A DNA stretch of 64,000 nt, from contig CM060733.1 of assembly GCA_030704615.1 (NCBI GenBank), positions 38,626,001 to 38,690,000 on the forward strand, given 5' to 3'. Position numbers and translations under genes: made by a program. Shown here in pieces: positions 13,856-26,769 of the stretch (position 1 is the stretch's first letter; each line of letters starts with the position of its first letter). The notes under the pieces were generated by a model. That model did not search any database and was not told the DNA's origin. It saw only the letters and a list, made by a program, of their open reading frames with translations. The stretch is from Takakia lepidozioides (Eukaryota; Plantae; Bryophyta).

Positions 13856-14690
13856 CAATATATGAAGCGAGACGTTTGTTTTGTTTTGTTTTGTTTGTAG
13901 CATCGTTGAGATCTCCCAAACCGCGGGGCCCAGCCCTGGTGCTTGGTGCCATTGGAAAGCCCTTGATGAGGAGGGGTGCACCGACTTGGTCTCATGATTT
14001 TTGGACCCGCGGTGTGGGAGATCTGGAATTTCAAGTACTTTTGGTCTCTGGAAATTCACGAAAAATAGCAAAGTGGGCTTTCCTGGAGCAGTGATTGGCC
14101 CTTTGGGAGATTTGGAATTTCAAGTACTTTTGGTCGTTGGAAATTCGCGAAAAATAACATATCAATATGGGAGATTTCAAAAATAGCAAAGTGGGCATTG
14201 GGATTGCACTTGGACTTAGATGACATTGGACACTGGAGGTCGCACTTGGGCCTCTACATGGGAGACACAGTACATGGATATATAGGAGATTGCACTTGGG
14301 CTTAGATTTCAATCCTTCACACATGGGCCAATGGCACAGGCTACTCGAGATCTCCCAAACAGTGGGGTCTCCGGATACATAGGGGATTGCACTTGGACAT
14401 AGATAACACTGGACACTTGGGCCAACGGCACAAGCTACCCTGGTCAATATATGAAGCAATGTAGTTTAATTGATTGTTTCAAGTTTATTTTGTTTTGTTT
14501 TGTAGCGTTGAGATCTCCCAAACCACGAGGCCTCAGCCCCGGTGCTTGGTACCGTTGGATAGCCCTCGATGGGGAGGGGTGCACCGACTTGGTCTCATAA
14601 TTTTTGGACCTACGGTGTGGGAGATATGGAATTTCAAGTATTTTCGGTCGCTGGAAATTCGTGAAAAATAGCAAAGTGGGTTTTTCTTGG
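13856..14690. repeat. Non-coding repeat: two ~230-bp direct copies flanking short GATTGCACTTGG(A/G)C subrepeats
   Basis: 13856-14080 is similar to 14447-14682 (TTGTTTTGT...GAGATCTCCCAAACC...GGGGTGCACCGACTTGGTCTCAT...GGAAATTC...AAATAGCAAAGTGGG); partial third copy at ~14100-14195. Confidence 0.75.
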
Positions 14691-14904
14691 AACAATGATA
14701 TTGTTTCTTGGATATATTACTACTCAATAAATTCATGGAAAAAAATAAATTGGTTTTTTCAATATATGCTAAACAAAAGTTTTGATATAAACTTCTAATA
14801 TCTGAATCAGATTACATTGTTGGTCATTTTGTTCATTTTACAATATTCTTTAAACATTAGTTCGTTTATGTGGGTGAAAGCATGCTAATGTGTAATGGAT
14901 AAAA

Positions 14905-16530
14905 GAGAGCCAACCTGGTCTTCATGGAAAACACCTCTAGACTCCAGATTAACCTTGAGACGGGTACTTGTTAGCCTACAAATAGCTTGCCAACTGCTTA
15001 AGGAAGGGATGCCACACTCACCCCCGAACAGCCACATTGGTTGTTTTGGAGCATGCTGACATGCACTCTTTAAGCACCCCATATAGCAGATCCGTACTCC
15101 AAAGCAGGTCTAATAATGCGGCAAAGCAAGGTTTTCTTGACCTCAGAGTTAATCCCTCTGCAGTGAAAAAATTAGTGAGACTCAGCACTTTGCCTTTGCT
15201 AGTTTGAACAACTTTCTGGATGTGTGCATCCCAGTTACAGTTGGAGGAAAACTCAACGCCCAGGTATGTGTAGGAAGGGAGGACTGGGATCTTTTGGCTA
15301 TCCCACTGCCACTTAAGATCACGTCCTCCCTCTCCTTTGTCGTTGAATGCCACCACTGCACATTTACTGACATTAGCCTCTAGCCCCCAAAGATCAAAGT
15401 ATCTCTTCGCGCAATCAATGAATTCCTGGAGGTTGGAAGGAGTCTCCCCTATAACTGTGAAGTCATCCGCAAACATAAGGGCTGGAATGGTGGCATCACC
15501 CACTCTTAACCCAAATCCCTCACATTCCACATCCTCGAGGCGTTGATTGATGAAAACATTGAAGAGCAGAGGGGAGAGGGTACATCCTTGAGCTACACCT
15601 TGGTCTATGTCAAAAAAGTTGGACTTCTGTCCATTAACAGTGACACAGCTTTTGGTGTGAGCATACAAGTTATGGACAACGTTCCACATTTTTTCCTTGA
15701 TTCCGCAAGACCAGAGGCGGAGCCATAGACCATCTCTCCACACAGTGTCATAAGCCTTTTGGACATCCAAGGAAAAAACATAAGTGGGTTTACCTTCTTT
15801 TTCCCTTCCCTGGATAATCTGGCTTACAATGAAGATATAGTCCACACAGCCCCTGTTTCGCCGAAAGCCAACTTCCCCTTCGTGAAAACAACCTCTAGAT
15901 TCTAGATCAACCTCGAGACGAGTACTTATAACTCTGCAAAATAAGAGTGTTGTAGGTTTTTGAAATATACTCCAGTTCATCAGGGCTGTTTTGAATCATA
16001 GGAACAGTTTTACCAACTGTGTCTTTCCATTCATCAGAGGACCCCTCACTGTTAGACCTAGAAGTTCTGCCAAGGATACCCCAAGAATCCACTGCTCTTT
16101 CGACTTCACTTCTTGCATTGACTGCACAAGACTAAAGGTCTTGGAGCAAATGGACAAAATGACGAAGAGCCTCCTGTAAGGTCTGGACATACTCAGCCTT
16201 GACCTCTTTATTATGGAATTTTTCTATGCGCCACTTCCGAATGGAACGTTTCACAGATCCCTTTACACAAGCATCAATCTGTTGTGTGTGATTTGCCCAA
16301 TAACTAGGCCCCAAAAGGGCCTAGGCTTTTGGCTCAGCCTCGAGATTCTCAAGGTTGGTATACAAAGGTACAAACACAAATCCCTTGATGGATTTGAAGA
16401 GGGCATTTCTCTCGTGAGAGTACCCAAGACAATGAATGAGAAAATGAATCTGGCCTTCAGGTTGCCCACACAACGGGCATTTGCAATCCCCCTTTACCTC
16501 TTCCTCTGAGATTGTACTCATAAGATGTTG
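14905..16530 (-). mobile_element. Non-LTR retrotransposon (LINE) remnant with RT and zinc-finger fragments
   Basis: ORF 15018-15980 has GFRRNRGCVDYIF, LDVQKAYDTVWRDGL, GVAQGCTLSPLLF, LMFADD and YTYLGV. CPLC...HFLIHC..Y...R at ~16390-16480. A second short RT fragment lies at ~14905-14970. Confidence 0.9.
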
Positions 16531-16548
16531 TTTGCCATAGCCTCTTCC

Positions 16549-16551
<3 letters not shown>

Positions 16552-16608
<57 letters not shown>
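16552..16608. repeat. (GA)n microsatellite
   Basis: About 28 perfect GA units. Confidence 0.98.
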
Positions 16609-16611
<3 letters not shown>

Positions 16612-16804
16612 GCATAAGATATCGTTTGCCGTAGTCTTGTGGTCATAGACCCCGCACCCAGTTAGGGGTGAAACAAGAGGGAACAAGTCTTACCTTGTGA
16701 GGGGATCACTCCACTAGTGTGAATTACATTGGTGTAGACAATTTGTGTGGGCTTTCCAGATTCCCTTTAGAAAGCCCTTCACACAAGCATCAATCTGTTG
16801 TATT

Positions 16805-17735
16805 AAGTTGGATATCTCTAAGCACTCAGCCCGCTCAGAACAATCAGTCATGACCTACAACTAGTGTACAGGGGGGTACTTCCTATTTGTATTCCTTCTC
16901 ACCTTCATATTAGCAAGTTACCTTACTGTTTATGTTTATGTATCAGATTGCTTCAGCAATCTACCAGGTTCCAATCACTCATCCAGTCATTCCACAGCTT
17001 CACTCAGGTCTCTCTACACAGTGTGAGTATGGAATATATGTCAGATTAATATTTATCAAGTATCAGACCAAAGCCAGGTGGTCTCTAGTCTGCTCTACAG
17101 TACAACTCTACAGCTTGTATGAATCAAGCATCAATAGTTCGTTTCTCCTCCTCCACTGCGCTCTCCATCCCTTAGCTCCAGATCGTCCTTCTCCTCCCCC
17201 GATGACCAAGTCGTGATCCCCAAGAAGTCCCTCTCCCTATTGCTACTCTGCCTATTCTACCTACAAACTGTTCTAATTGCCTAACTAACTAACTGTCATC
17301 TAGACAGAATGCACGTTCCCTCTGCAAATGTCGTTCCCACACAGTCGTTCCTTGCCGCTAATAACCGTTCCCTGTGAATGTTGTGATGGGCTGTGCCAAA
17401 CTGTGTCGGGCTGCGACTGTGCCAAGCTGTGACTGGCTGTGTCGGACTGTGGCGGGCTGTGACTAGCTGTGTTGGGCTATGACTGGTTGTGTTAGGCTGT
17501 GTCGGGCTGTGATAGGCTGTGTAAGGCTGTGTCAGGTTGTGACAAGCTGTGTCCGACTATATAAGGCTGTATCAGGCTATGACAAGTTGTGTCAAGCTGT
17601 GTCTAACTGTGTAAGGCTGTCCACCACCCCTAAGGCCTGTGCTGGTCTAAGTCTACCATCCATAAGTCTGCGCAAAAATTAAGGATACCCCACAGAACCC
17701 GTAAAACTGTCTAAGTCCCAGACAGCCCTCTAACA
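16805..17735 (-). mobile_element. Diverged, truncated solo LTR related to the LTRs at 34586-35585 and 47508-48544
   Basis: Shares CTCTAAG.ACTCAGCCCGC.CAGAACAATCAGTCATGACCTACA, the GGCTGTG tandem tract and the terminus GTCTAAGTCCC...CTCTAACA. Lacks the first ~60 bp seen in the other copies. No TSD. Confidence 0.85.
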
Positions 17736-20700
17736 GGAGTAGAGTTCCCCAATCTGGTGAACGGTGTCTGGTGCAAGCACTACTACATGTGAGTTCCTTT
17801 AACCAATGAGTTATTTCCCCCCATTAAGGGAAAGGTGCTAAGGGAGATCTTAGTGGCATTTGCCCTGTCGGGAGAGATCTTTAGGATTTCTACCCGGTTT
17901 TTCGGAAGGAAATGTTGGTATTTCCTATCCATGATTCGTTGGATATTGGAGCTCCATAACATGTGGAGTGCGGGGCAACTAAGTTGCAATCATCCAATGA
18001 AACTTCTCCACTGGGAAGAGGTCAATAGGACTCTTACCCGTTAGGTTGTTGTACACCCTTTATTGGAGCTCCAAAGGTAGACCTTGGGATGCGGGGCAAC
18101 GTCATTGCAGTAAAGAGGTGATTTGTTCTCTACTTATGTTTCGGGTAGTTATTGGAATTCACAAGGAAAGACCTTGGGATGCGGGGCACATAAAGTGCAG
18201 TAATCTAACCCACGTTGTAGAATTAGAAATTTGTTGATATGGCATAAGCTATGAAAGCTATGACCATCCAATTGTCAATGTAGAAGACTTCATACATCTT
18301 CGTTACTAATCACGTGTTGTGAGTTTCTCTATTTTTCTTCTTCACCAAGTGAAGAACCATAGGTGCAGGAATGGGAACAATGGGATGGCTAATATATGCA
18401 CTCTTATTCATGCACACTGTCGATCATTATTTGTTTTTTTATCACAGAATATATCTGTGTTTGCTCAAAGCATATCTCGAGAAAAAATCAGTGCTTGCTG
18501 CATCAAGCACTCCGCAGTATACTGATGCTCCCTGCATGGGGCACAGCGACTTCCCGCACGGGGATTCTAACTTTAAACCTTTTTTCATTTTCACCTTGCC
18601 CCACTTCATCATTCCTCGAAGAGTGAGAAAGTCAGAAGCAATGAGGGGGTAAAATATGAGTTGAAGAGTAGTGGTTGCTGCTCCCCTCACATGAGTGAAG
18701 GATGTTCGGCACAGGAAAACCCATAAGGGCCTATGACCTTTTAGCATTAGGATTAGCATATGTTGGTTCGTCTATTACCATAGTGTGGTCCTCTGAGGTT
18801 CAGAATGTATCCAATCTTTTCCGTTGACGTGGAAGTTGTTCTTTAGCCCTCCCAGATGCTTCCTGTTTAGGGGCATTTAGGCCCGTCCGAGCTCGAGTCG
18901 AGGCCCTAGCATGTTACAATGAGCTATGCAAATCCATGAGAGGTCCCTTCAAGCCATATCAGCAGTAGTATAGAACCAAAGTCCTTCCAAGGCTGTGTTA
19001 GAATATGATCATCAAATTGCACCGCGCATATCTCTCTTGCATCATCTAGGGGATTCGAACCCAGTCCGGTGGGGGAGAATGGCGGTTTTGAATTATTTTT
19101 TATTATCTGGGAACTCCAACTCTCTCCGAAGAGGGCGAGTCGGGTGGTTTTGAAGTATTTTTTGGCTTTTTGCTTTTATTTTTCCCTCCTCTCTCCCGGA
19201 AGACTTGAACTCTCTCCGAAGAGGGAGAGCCGAAGGGAATTTACTCTTCATCTTTTTCATGTCACTTAAGAGAGTCATTGACTCTAAGGGATGTCAGTGA
19301 TACCCTAGTAGGGGGATTGTGCGAACCAGAGATTCTAAGTTCTTTTACACTCGGGGCGAGTGTTCCCCATTGGTTGCCATATATGTAGATGCATATATTG
19401 GTACAAATTTCTTTTCAGATCGTTTTTTATCTTAAGGCAGACAATTTAGGCATTGTACTGCCAAAGCAGTACAATGCCTAAGCGAGTTATCTGGGAATCG
19501 CTAGTAAAGCACGTAGGAATTTAGATTATATTTGAGACGACCATGGAGGAGCTCTGGCGTCAAAATGACCGTAGGGAGCTGCATCGACAGCGAGTTAGGC
19601 TGCCAATTCGGTACCAATAACGACAACATGCACCTGTTCGAAACAATACATGGCGACTGTTCCAGTCCCGGATTGCGATCTCTCTATTCTCCCACATTTC
19701 AAGTCCAGTAGGAGCATGTGGTGAGGAGTCTTGGCAATTAGAGGAAATAATCTGTACAGCGATGAAATATCGCGACAAAGCAAGTGCTGCATCGGAGCAA
19801 ACGACGGGTGAATGAGCTTCCCGGCGAAGTTTTGAACTCCTCAGTGATGCAAAGTGTGTAGGAGGAAACTCCAGATGATCTGTGACCCAGTGGCAGGGCC
19901 AAAGACCCCCTGGGGGCACCACCAGTATTTTTACAGCTAGGAAGCGGCAGACTGCCTATATGGCAAAACCATTGAAACCAACCAAAGGTGTGGCTTTTCT
20001 TCCCCAATTCCTTTGAGATTTTACAGGCAGCTACAGACCATCTAATTATAATTTTTCACCAAGTTTGGGGAGTTTTGGAGGTGATGAGAGACAGCATCAA
20101 ATTATCACGCCGGAGGCAGTTGCGAAAGGCGATTAAATGGAATTCTAGTTCATCCAATGGATGAAAACTGTAAATTCGACCTGCAAGCTGGAGGGATGAG
20201 AAGACAACCTAGCGCCAACTGGTCATCCATTGGATGGAAGAAAAACCAGATTTATCATTAACACCAAGGTTTTCCATCCATGATTATTATTTTATGGTGT
20301 TCTATCGTTTTTAAATTATAGACTCATGTAAGAAATAATAGTTTATGACTATCTTTCACTAGTTTAAGAGGCCCCAAAAACACAATAAAAGAAGAGCAGG
20401 CTCCTCTTGTTATTCAATCTAGTCTCATTTCTTTGTTTTGGCCTCTTGCTTGTGTAGTTAGTTTTGAGCTTGAGGGAGCTACTTCCTAGAGAGTTGAGTT
20501 TGTGGCTCTCTAGTATTAGAAGCAAACATAGTGAGAGCAGGATAGTCCTAGCTCAAGGCCTTGTGGCCCTTTGAGGCAAGAAGTAGAAGAAGCGCTCCAT
20601 GAAGTAGGAGACTTGAGGACGAGTAGGAGTGCCGGAAGAGGACCAGATTTGAGTACCATTCTACCGAGCTATTTAGTGCATCCCAAGCACCACTTGTTTC

Positions 20701-22520
20701 GGAGGGTGACTTACCATACTATCTTGACCTTTGAATTCATTTGCTGTTCAAGCTTTGTTCCAAGAACGGACCTTATAGCATTGTTTGCTAAAAATCTATA
20801 AAAACTAACCCTCTTTCAAAGAGGATGTGTGTGCATCTCTATGTGTATGTGTGAAGAGCACAGGTGTAAAGCCCCAGGAGACAGGGCCTTAGGAATCTAA
20901 CCCAATTACGTCATGGAAGTGAGGGTAGATGTCCATTATTACGTTTAAGGAGAGGGCGAGCTTGCATGAAGTGGCGAAGCTCTTGTCAAATTTCCCTTTC
21001 TAGCTTAGTGGCAACGGCCATATTGCATGAGATGACGAAGCTATCGCCAAAATTTCCATATTATTAAGTTCATATCTATGTTCATAAGCCCCCTGGCCAT
21101 AGAGGACCATGGGAGGCGTTGCTAACTAGCTTTATAAGTGGTTAAGCTATTTTGTAGAGAGTTGCCAAAAAAGGCAGAGCCCAGCACTAAAGTGCCGGCG
21201 CCTTAGGCGCCTTTGGGCTGGAGGTCAACCAAGCCATGGAAAGGCGCATCTAACACGGGTGGCGCGGCCTTTCCCCGTGGGGGGAGTTGACCCCTGGAGC
21301 AAAGTACGGGTTGCTGGTACACTGCGTGGCAGCACCAGGCGTCATAGCTTGGCCCGCGCAGGTACGACACGAGCGGCAGAGACGACGGAGCCTGCTTATT
21401 ACCCGCTGGACCCGCGCCGGCAGCGGGCCAGTCACGCCGCGCCACGTAGCGCTGGCCGCGGGGTATCGGTTTTAACCGCTGGATATTACAACGGACCCCG
21501 CCAGGGACTGTTGGTCCTTGGGATGGGTATTTTAAGGGGGGTTTTCTCCCTATACCTTTGCTTTCTTGTGCACTATTCATGGTGTTCTTCTTGCTTGGGA
21601 ATGAGGGCGTGTTTTAGCAAAGGATAAGAAATGGTTGGAACCATTGGATAGGCCACAGCGAGGCCATCAGTTTGATATGTATTTTGGGGCTTGTGAAAGC
21701 AGGGCTCACGGGTAGATGCCACAGGCAGAGTGAGAGAGCCCAGAGACAGGGAGGAGAGAACCGCTGATGGGGGTTTCACAAGGTAGAAGATGACATGTTT
21801 CAACTTCATTCTAGGCTGGTTGCCTGCATAAATTAATCAGATTATATTGGAAGTAGGTGGAAGAGGCACAGGGAATGGACCCTGGGACCCACTGAATGTT
21901 TAATCATTGTTTACACACCAGGGTGGCGAGCAGATGAGGAACTGATGGGCGGCAAATTTCATTCATCCGGGCCCGGTGATTGTTTAAGTTGCTAATGCGT
22001 TATTGATTGATTTGGCATAGGAATTTAGGGGCGCTCCCAAGTGGAGAGCGGTCCCCCAATGCTCCCGACATAAGGGCGTTCCCGGGGTGTTCCCCTGGTA
22101 CCTTGAGGGTAATTTAGTTAGCTCCAGCATCCTACGATGATTCTCTATTTCTACGAATTTCATGCATTTGTAGGAAGGTTTTAATGATTTGTTCTTTATT
22201 ATTCAGTAGGATAATTCGCCTTTATTAAGGGATCTTATCCTGACACCCTTAACTTAAAAACGGAAGTTTTAAGGGAGGTATCGCCCCCTTCTCCCGCGGA
22301 TATTTGAAGTCAAGTACCCGGCCACTGGGGAGGCTTCGGCCAAGGAATGGCCATTGTTTTATTAGATCTCGGGAATTACCTAGAGGTTTGATTTGTTATC
22401 ATTCGCCCGATGGACTGACCATTGAGGTTGAATCTTGGATCGCTCTAAGCAGGAGAGACTGACTCGGGAAAGCGGATCCGGTCCCTTCCTAGGAGGTAGG
22501 ACACTAATCCACCTCGGGAT

Positions 22521-22569
<49 letters not shown>

Positions 22570-22965
22570 ATTGGGCGGGAGATAGATGATCCATGTCTCC
22601 CTAGGCTCGACATTCATTTTGTGAAGGGATTTGAAGGCTCATCCCGGCTATAAGCGTGTTGGGAGTCCAGGCATGTAGGAAGTAGTAATAAACAAAGACT
22701 TGGAAGGCAATTACGATTAAAGACGTAGAAAACCCATAAACAAAACGTAGGACTAGGAAACGCAAATCGCCCTGTGAAGGGAGTTGTTAAGCTTTGTTTT
22801 GCCGGTAGGAAGTTAGACTGTTTAGATCCGTCCATAGCTGCCACGGACCCCTGCACTTACCGCATCTGGGTAGGCGGTTCGTTGAGCCCAACCTACACCG
22901 CAACTTGCCACGACCCCCTAGGCTAGTATGCCGTCACCCTGGCCGCGCGCGACCAGGGCTCGTCA
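17736..22965. other. Unclassified repeat-derived DNA whose right end (...GGGCTCGTCA) looks like an LTR terminus truncating the PPR gene
   Basis: Local direct repeats (GACCTTGGGATGCGGGGCA x2, ACTCTCTCCGAAGAGGG x2), no credible ORF, and an abrupt switch to PPR sequence in mid-motif at 22966. Confidence 0.35.
22523..22567. repeat. Poly-G run (45 nt)
   Basis: Uninterrupted G homopolymer. Confidence 0.95.
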
Positions 22966-25338
22966 CCCTCGTGGACATGTATGCCAAATGTAGGGGGCAT
23001 TTCAACAAATTCAGATACGGTTGTCTGTCTCTTGCTTAAGTGCATCAAGATGAAAGGTCTGGAAGTTGGAAAGCAGGTGCACACTCACATTATCCAAAGT
23101 GGATTCACGCCAAGTGTTTTTCTCCTCAACACCCTTGTCAATATGTCAAACCTGGGAGCTCTAGAAAAGGGGAAAGAGGTCTACGGTGACATCGTCAAAG
23201 CTGGAATTGTACCAGATGTCATTCTGAACACTGCCCTGGTGGACATGTATGCCAAATGTAGGTGCATTAAGGATGCGAAGGGAGTTTTCAACACTATGGC
23301 TGAACGAGATGTGGTGTCATGGAAGACGATGCTTGCAGGGTATGCACAGCAAGGACGTGGTATGAAGGCTTTGGAGATGTATGATCAAATGATGGGGAAA
23401 GGGGTGAAGCCCGACCACATCACATTTGTGTGCATTTGCGATGCGTGTACGAGCCTGGCAGCTCTGGAAAAGGGCGAAAGAGGTCCATGGCGACATTGTC
23501 AGTGCTGCAATTGTACCAAGTGTCATTCTGAACAATACCCTCGTGGACATGTATAAAGGGAGTGTTTGACAGTATGGCTGAATGAGATGTGGTGTCGTGG
23601 AGTGCAATGATTGCAGGATATGCACAGCAAGGGCGCGGGATAGAGGCTTTGGAGACCTCTGAGCAAATGATGTGCGAAGGGGTGAAGCCCAACCGCATAA
23701 CGTTTGTTTGCATTGGCAATGCGTGTGCAAGCCTGGCAGCCCTGGAAAGGTGCAAAGAGGTCCATGGTGACATCGTCAAATCTATTGTACCCGATGTCAT
23801 TCTGAACACTGCCCTGTTGGACATGTATGTCAAATGTGAGTGCATCGAGGATGCAAATGGAGTGTTCGACAGTATGGCTGAATGAGATGTGGTGTCGTGG
23901 AGTGCAATGATGGCACGATATGCACAACAAGGATGCGGGATGGAGGCTTTGGAGACCTATGAGCAATTGATGTGCAAAGGGATGAAGCCCAACCGCGACA
24001 CATTTGTTTGTGTTTGCAATGCGTGTGCAAGCCTAGGAGCTCTCGAAAAGGGGAAAGAGGTCCACGGTGACATCGTCAAAGCTGGATTTGTACCAGATGT
24101 CATCCTGAACACTGCCCCGGTGGACATGTATGCCAAATGTGGGTGCGTGAAGGATGCGAAGGGAGTTTTCAAATGGCTGAACAAGATGTGGTGTCGTGGA
24201 ACGCGATGCTTGTAGGGTATGCACAGCAGGGGCATGTGGAGGCTTTGGAGACCTATGAGCAAATGATGGGGGAAGGGGTGAAGCCCGACCACATCACGTT
24301 TGTGTGCGTTTGCAATGCGTGTGCAATCCTGGCAGCCCTGGAAAAGGGCAAAGAGGTTCATGGTGACATCATCAAAGCTGGAATTGTACCAAATGTCATT
24401 CTGGACACTGCCCTGGTTCACTTGTATGCAAAATGTGAGTGCAATGAGGATGCAAAGGGAGTATTTGACAATATGGCTTAATGAAATGTGGTGTCGTGGA
24501 ATGCGATGATTGCAGGATATGCCCAGCATGGTTGTCATAGGGAGGTCCTGCAACTATTTGAAGGAATGCAAAAGAAAGGCTTGAAGCCGGACTGTATCAC
24601 CTTTATATGTGTTCTCTCTGCCTACAGCCACACTGACCTACTGAATGAAGGAAGATGCTACTTTGATTCCTTGAGTGAAGATCATGGTATCAATTTGACA
24701 GTAAAGCACTTTGGCTGCATGGTGGACCTTCTTAGACGTGCGGGACAACTGGATGAGGCAATGGACCTGATTAATAAAATGCCAATCAATCCAGATGTTG
24801 TGGTGTGGAAGGCCTTGCTTGGTGCCTGCAGAATCCATGGCAATGTGGAGATGGCTGAATGTGTGGCAACATCTATCCTCAAGTGGGATGAACAGGATGC
24901 CACGACTTATGTGGTGTTATATCAAACATCCATGCTGCAGCTGGCAGGTGGGATGATACTGCAAAGGTGAGAAGAATGATGAAGGTCAGAGGGTTAGAAA
25001 GGAGCCAGATGACAAGTTGCATCCCAGAATTAAGGAAATCCATGCTGAGCTGAGAAGATTGTTTGGGCAGATGAAGGAGGCGGGGTATGTGCCTAACACA
25101 CGTTTTTTATTGCATGATGTGGAGGAAATGAATTTTCTCTTGGCCACCACAGTGAGAAGCTGGCCATTGGTTTTGGGCTGATCAGCACGACTCATCAAGA
25201 ATCTTTGAGTGTGTGGAGACTGCCACACCTCCACCAAATTCATCTCAAAGATTGTTGGCCGAGCAATTGTTGCATGGGACGCTAACTACTTTCCACCACT
25301 TTGAAGATGGGATTTGTTCTTGTGGTGATTACTGGTGA
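22966..25338 (+). pseudogene. PLS-class PPR protein with E and DYW deaminase domains (RNA-editing factor), pseudogenised
   Basis: About five ~300-bp P-L-S triplets (VVSWxAMxAGYAQQG...GVKPDHITFVC...ALEKGKEVHGDI...DVILNTALVDMYAKC), HFGCMVDLL, VWKALLGACRIHG, HSEKLA (~25148), CGDCH (~25212), CSCGDYW-stop ending 25338. Multiple frameshifts and in-frame stops; 5' end truncated. Confidence 0.93.
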
Positions 25339-25685
25339 AAGGATATTTTCTTGGAAAGATGCTAGTGTCTTGCTTCATTCATTGATCTGTGTAGCTACTC
25401 AGACCATCCACCATTTCCTGATAGTGGGGTCTACCTGACATAGGTAGGAAGTTAGCCCACAATTGCACTTGACTGAAGGGGTGATTTTTTACTGATTCTG
25501 GTGATAGTGGATGGAAATCAGAGTGCTGTCCTAATTTTGGGTTTGGGTGGTGGAGCTTCACCAAAGCTTGAAGATGGAAGTGAATACGAATTTTAGTGAG
25601 CTTGATGAGAGGGGAAGCCCTGTGCACAAGTTTGTTCAGCATCTTAAATTTGGACATGTTTGTTTGTTTCTCGTGGTGTGGCTTT

Positions 25686-26195
25686 GGATGGAGCCCTTGA
25701 TGAACTTACATGAATATTGTCAAAAGCTAGTGTTAACCCACCAATATCCAATCCCACGGTGGATGCTTGAAAGTTCATATAGTGAATGTAAGGGTATTTG
25801 GGTATATTGATATTGATTGATGTGGCTTGTGAATCGAACATTGAAATGCAGATCCGCCATTTTTCTTCCAGAAAAAAACAAAACACGGGATCTTTGCATG
25901 TAACACAGTGGGGATGACCCACCCTTTTTTTGTGATGGAGCCCTTGATGAACCTACATGAATATTGTCAAAAGCTAGCGTTGACCCACCAAGATCCAATC
26001 CCACGGTGGATGCTTGAAAGTTCGTATAGTGAATGTAAGGGTATTTGGGTATGTTGATATTGATTGATGCGGCTTGTGAAAATTGAACATTGAAATGCAG
26101 ATCCGCCATTTTTCTTCCAGAAAATTCTTCCAGAAAAAAACAAAACACGGGATCTCTGCATGTAACACAGTGGGGATGACCCACCCTTTTTTTGT
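25686..26195. repeat. Tandem duplication of a ~250-bp unit
   Basis: GATGGAGCCCTTGATGAAC...GGGGATGACCCACCCTTTTTTTGTGA at 25687-25934 and 25934-26197. Confidence 0.92.
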
Positions 26196-26769
26196 GAAAA
26201 ATTGAACATAGTTCTCAGAATTCATCGTTAGTAGTGCGGAGCAACGCGAAGCCCTAGTGTATATATATATATATTAGGGGGTAAGTTACATATGTTTGTA
26301 TGCAGCGTACTGGTAAGGTCTTTACTTACGTGCCACGACATCACGTGCTCAAATCCATTTGCGTCGGTTTTTTTTCCGCCTCACTAAGCCCTATCATCCG
26401 CTGCGCGCACCTTCTCCCACTTCTGCTGCGTGCTCTTGGATCCTGATGGTACTCGTTGCCGCTCCCACTTCTGTTACGCGCTCTTGGCTCCTGTGCGTAT
26501 TCTTCCTGATGTTTACGAGGTTCTTGGGAGGGCACACAAGCAGCACACACAAGAGGTGATGGTCGGTCAAATCCTCCATGGGTTATGACACAAGGTCAAG
26601 GACAATGTGGCGAGGGAAACTTCTTCTTTGACCTATTTCAGCCTGTTTTGCCCTCTCATAAGACTCGGCCTTGAGATGCATATTGAATTTTTTACTTTAG
26701 CTCGTTGGGTGGATCTGTGGTGGTTAGGAGTGACTTTGACAAGTTACTGCCGATGTAGCAGCAGGAAAG

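Noticed and set aside
19035-19095. tRNA gene or SINE head (GGGTTCGAATCCCC on minus); similar motifs near 29390, 29550 and 33385
   Set aside because: Only a B-box/T-loop-like motif; no A-box or cloverleaf could be built.
22380-22653. Poly-Pro / poly-Gly ORFs
   Set aside because: Translations of the G homopolymer.
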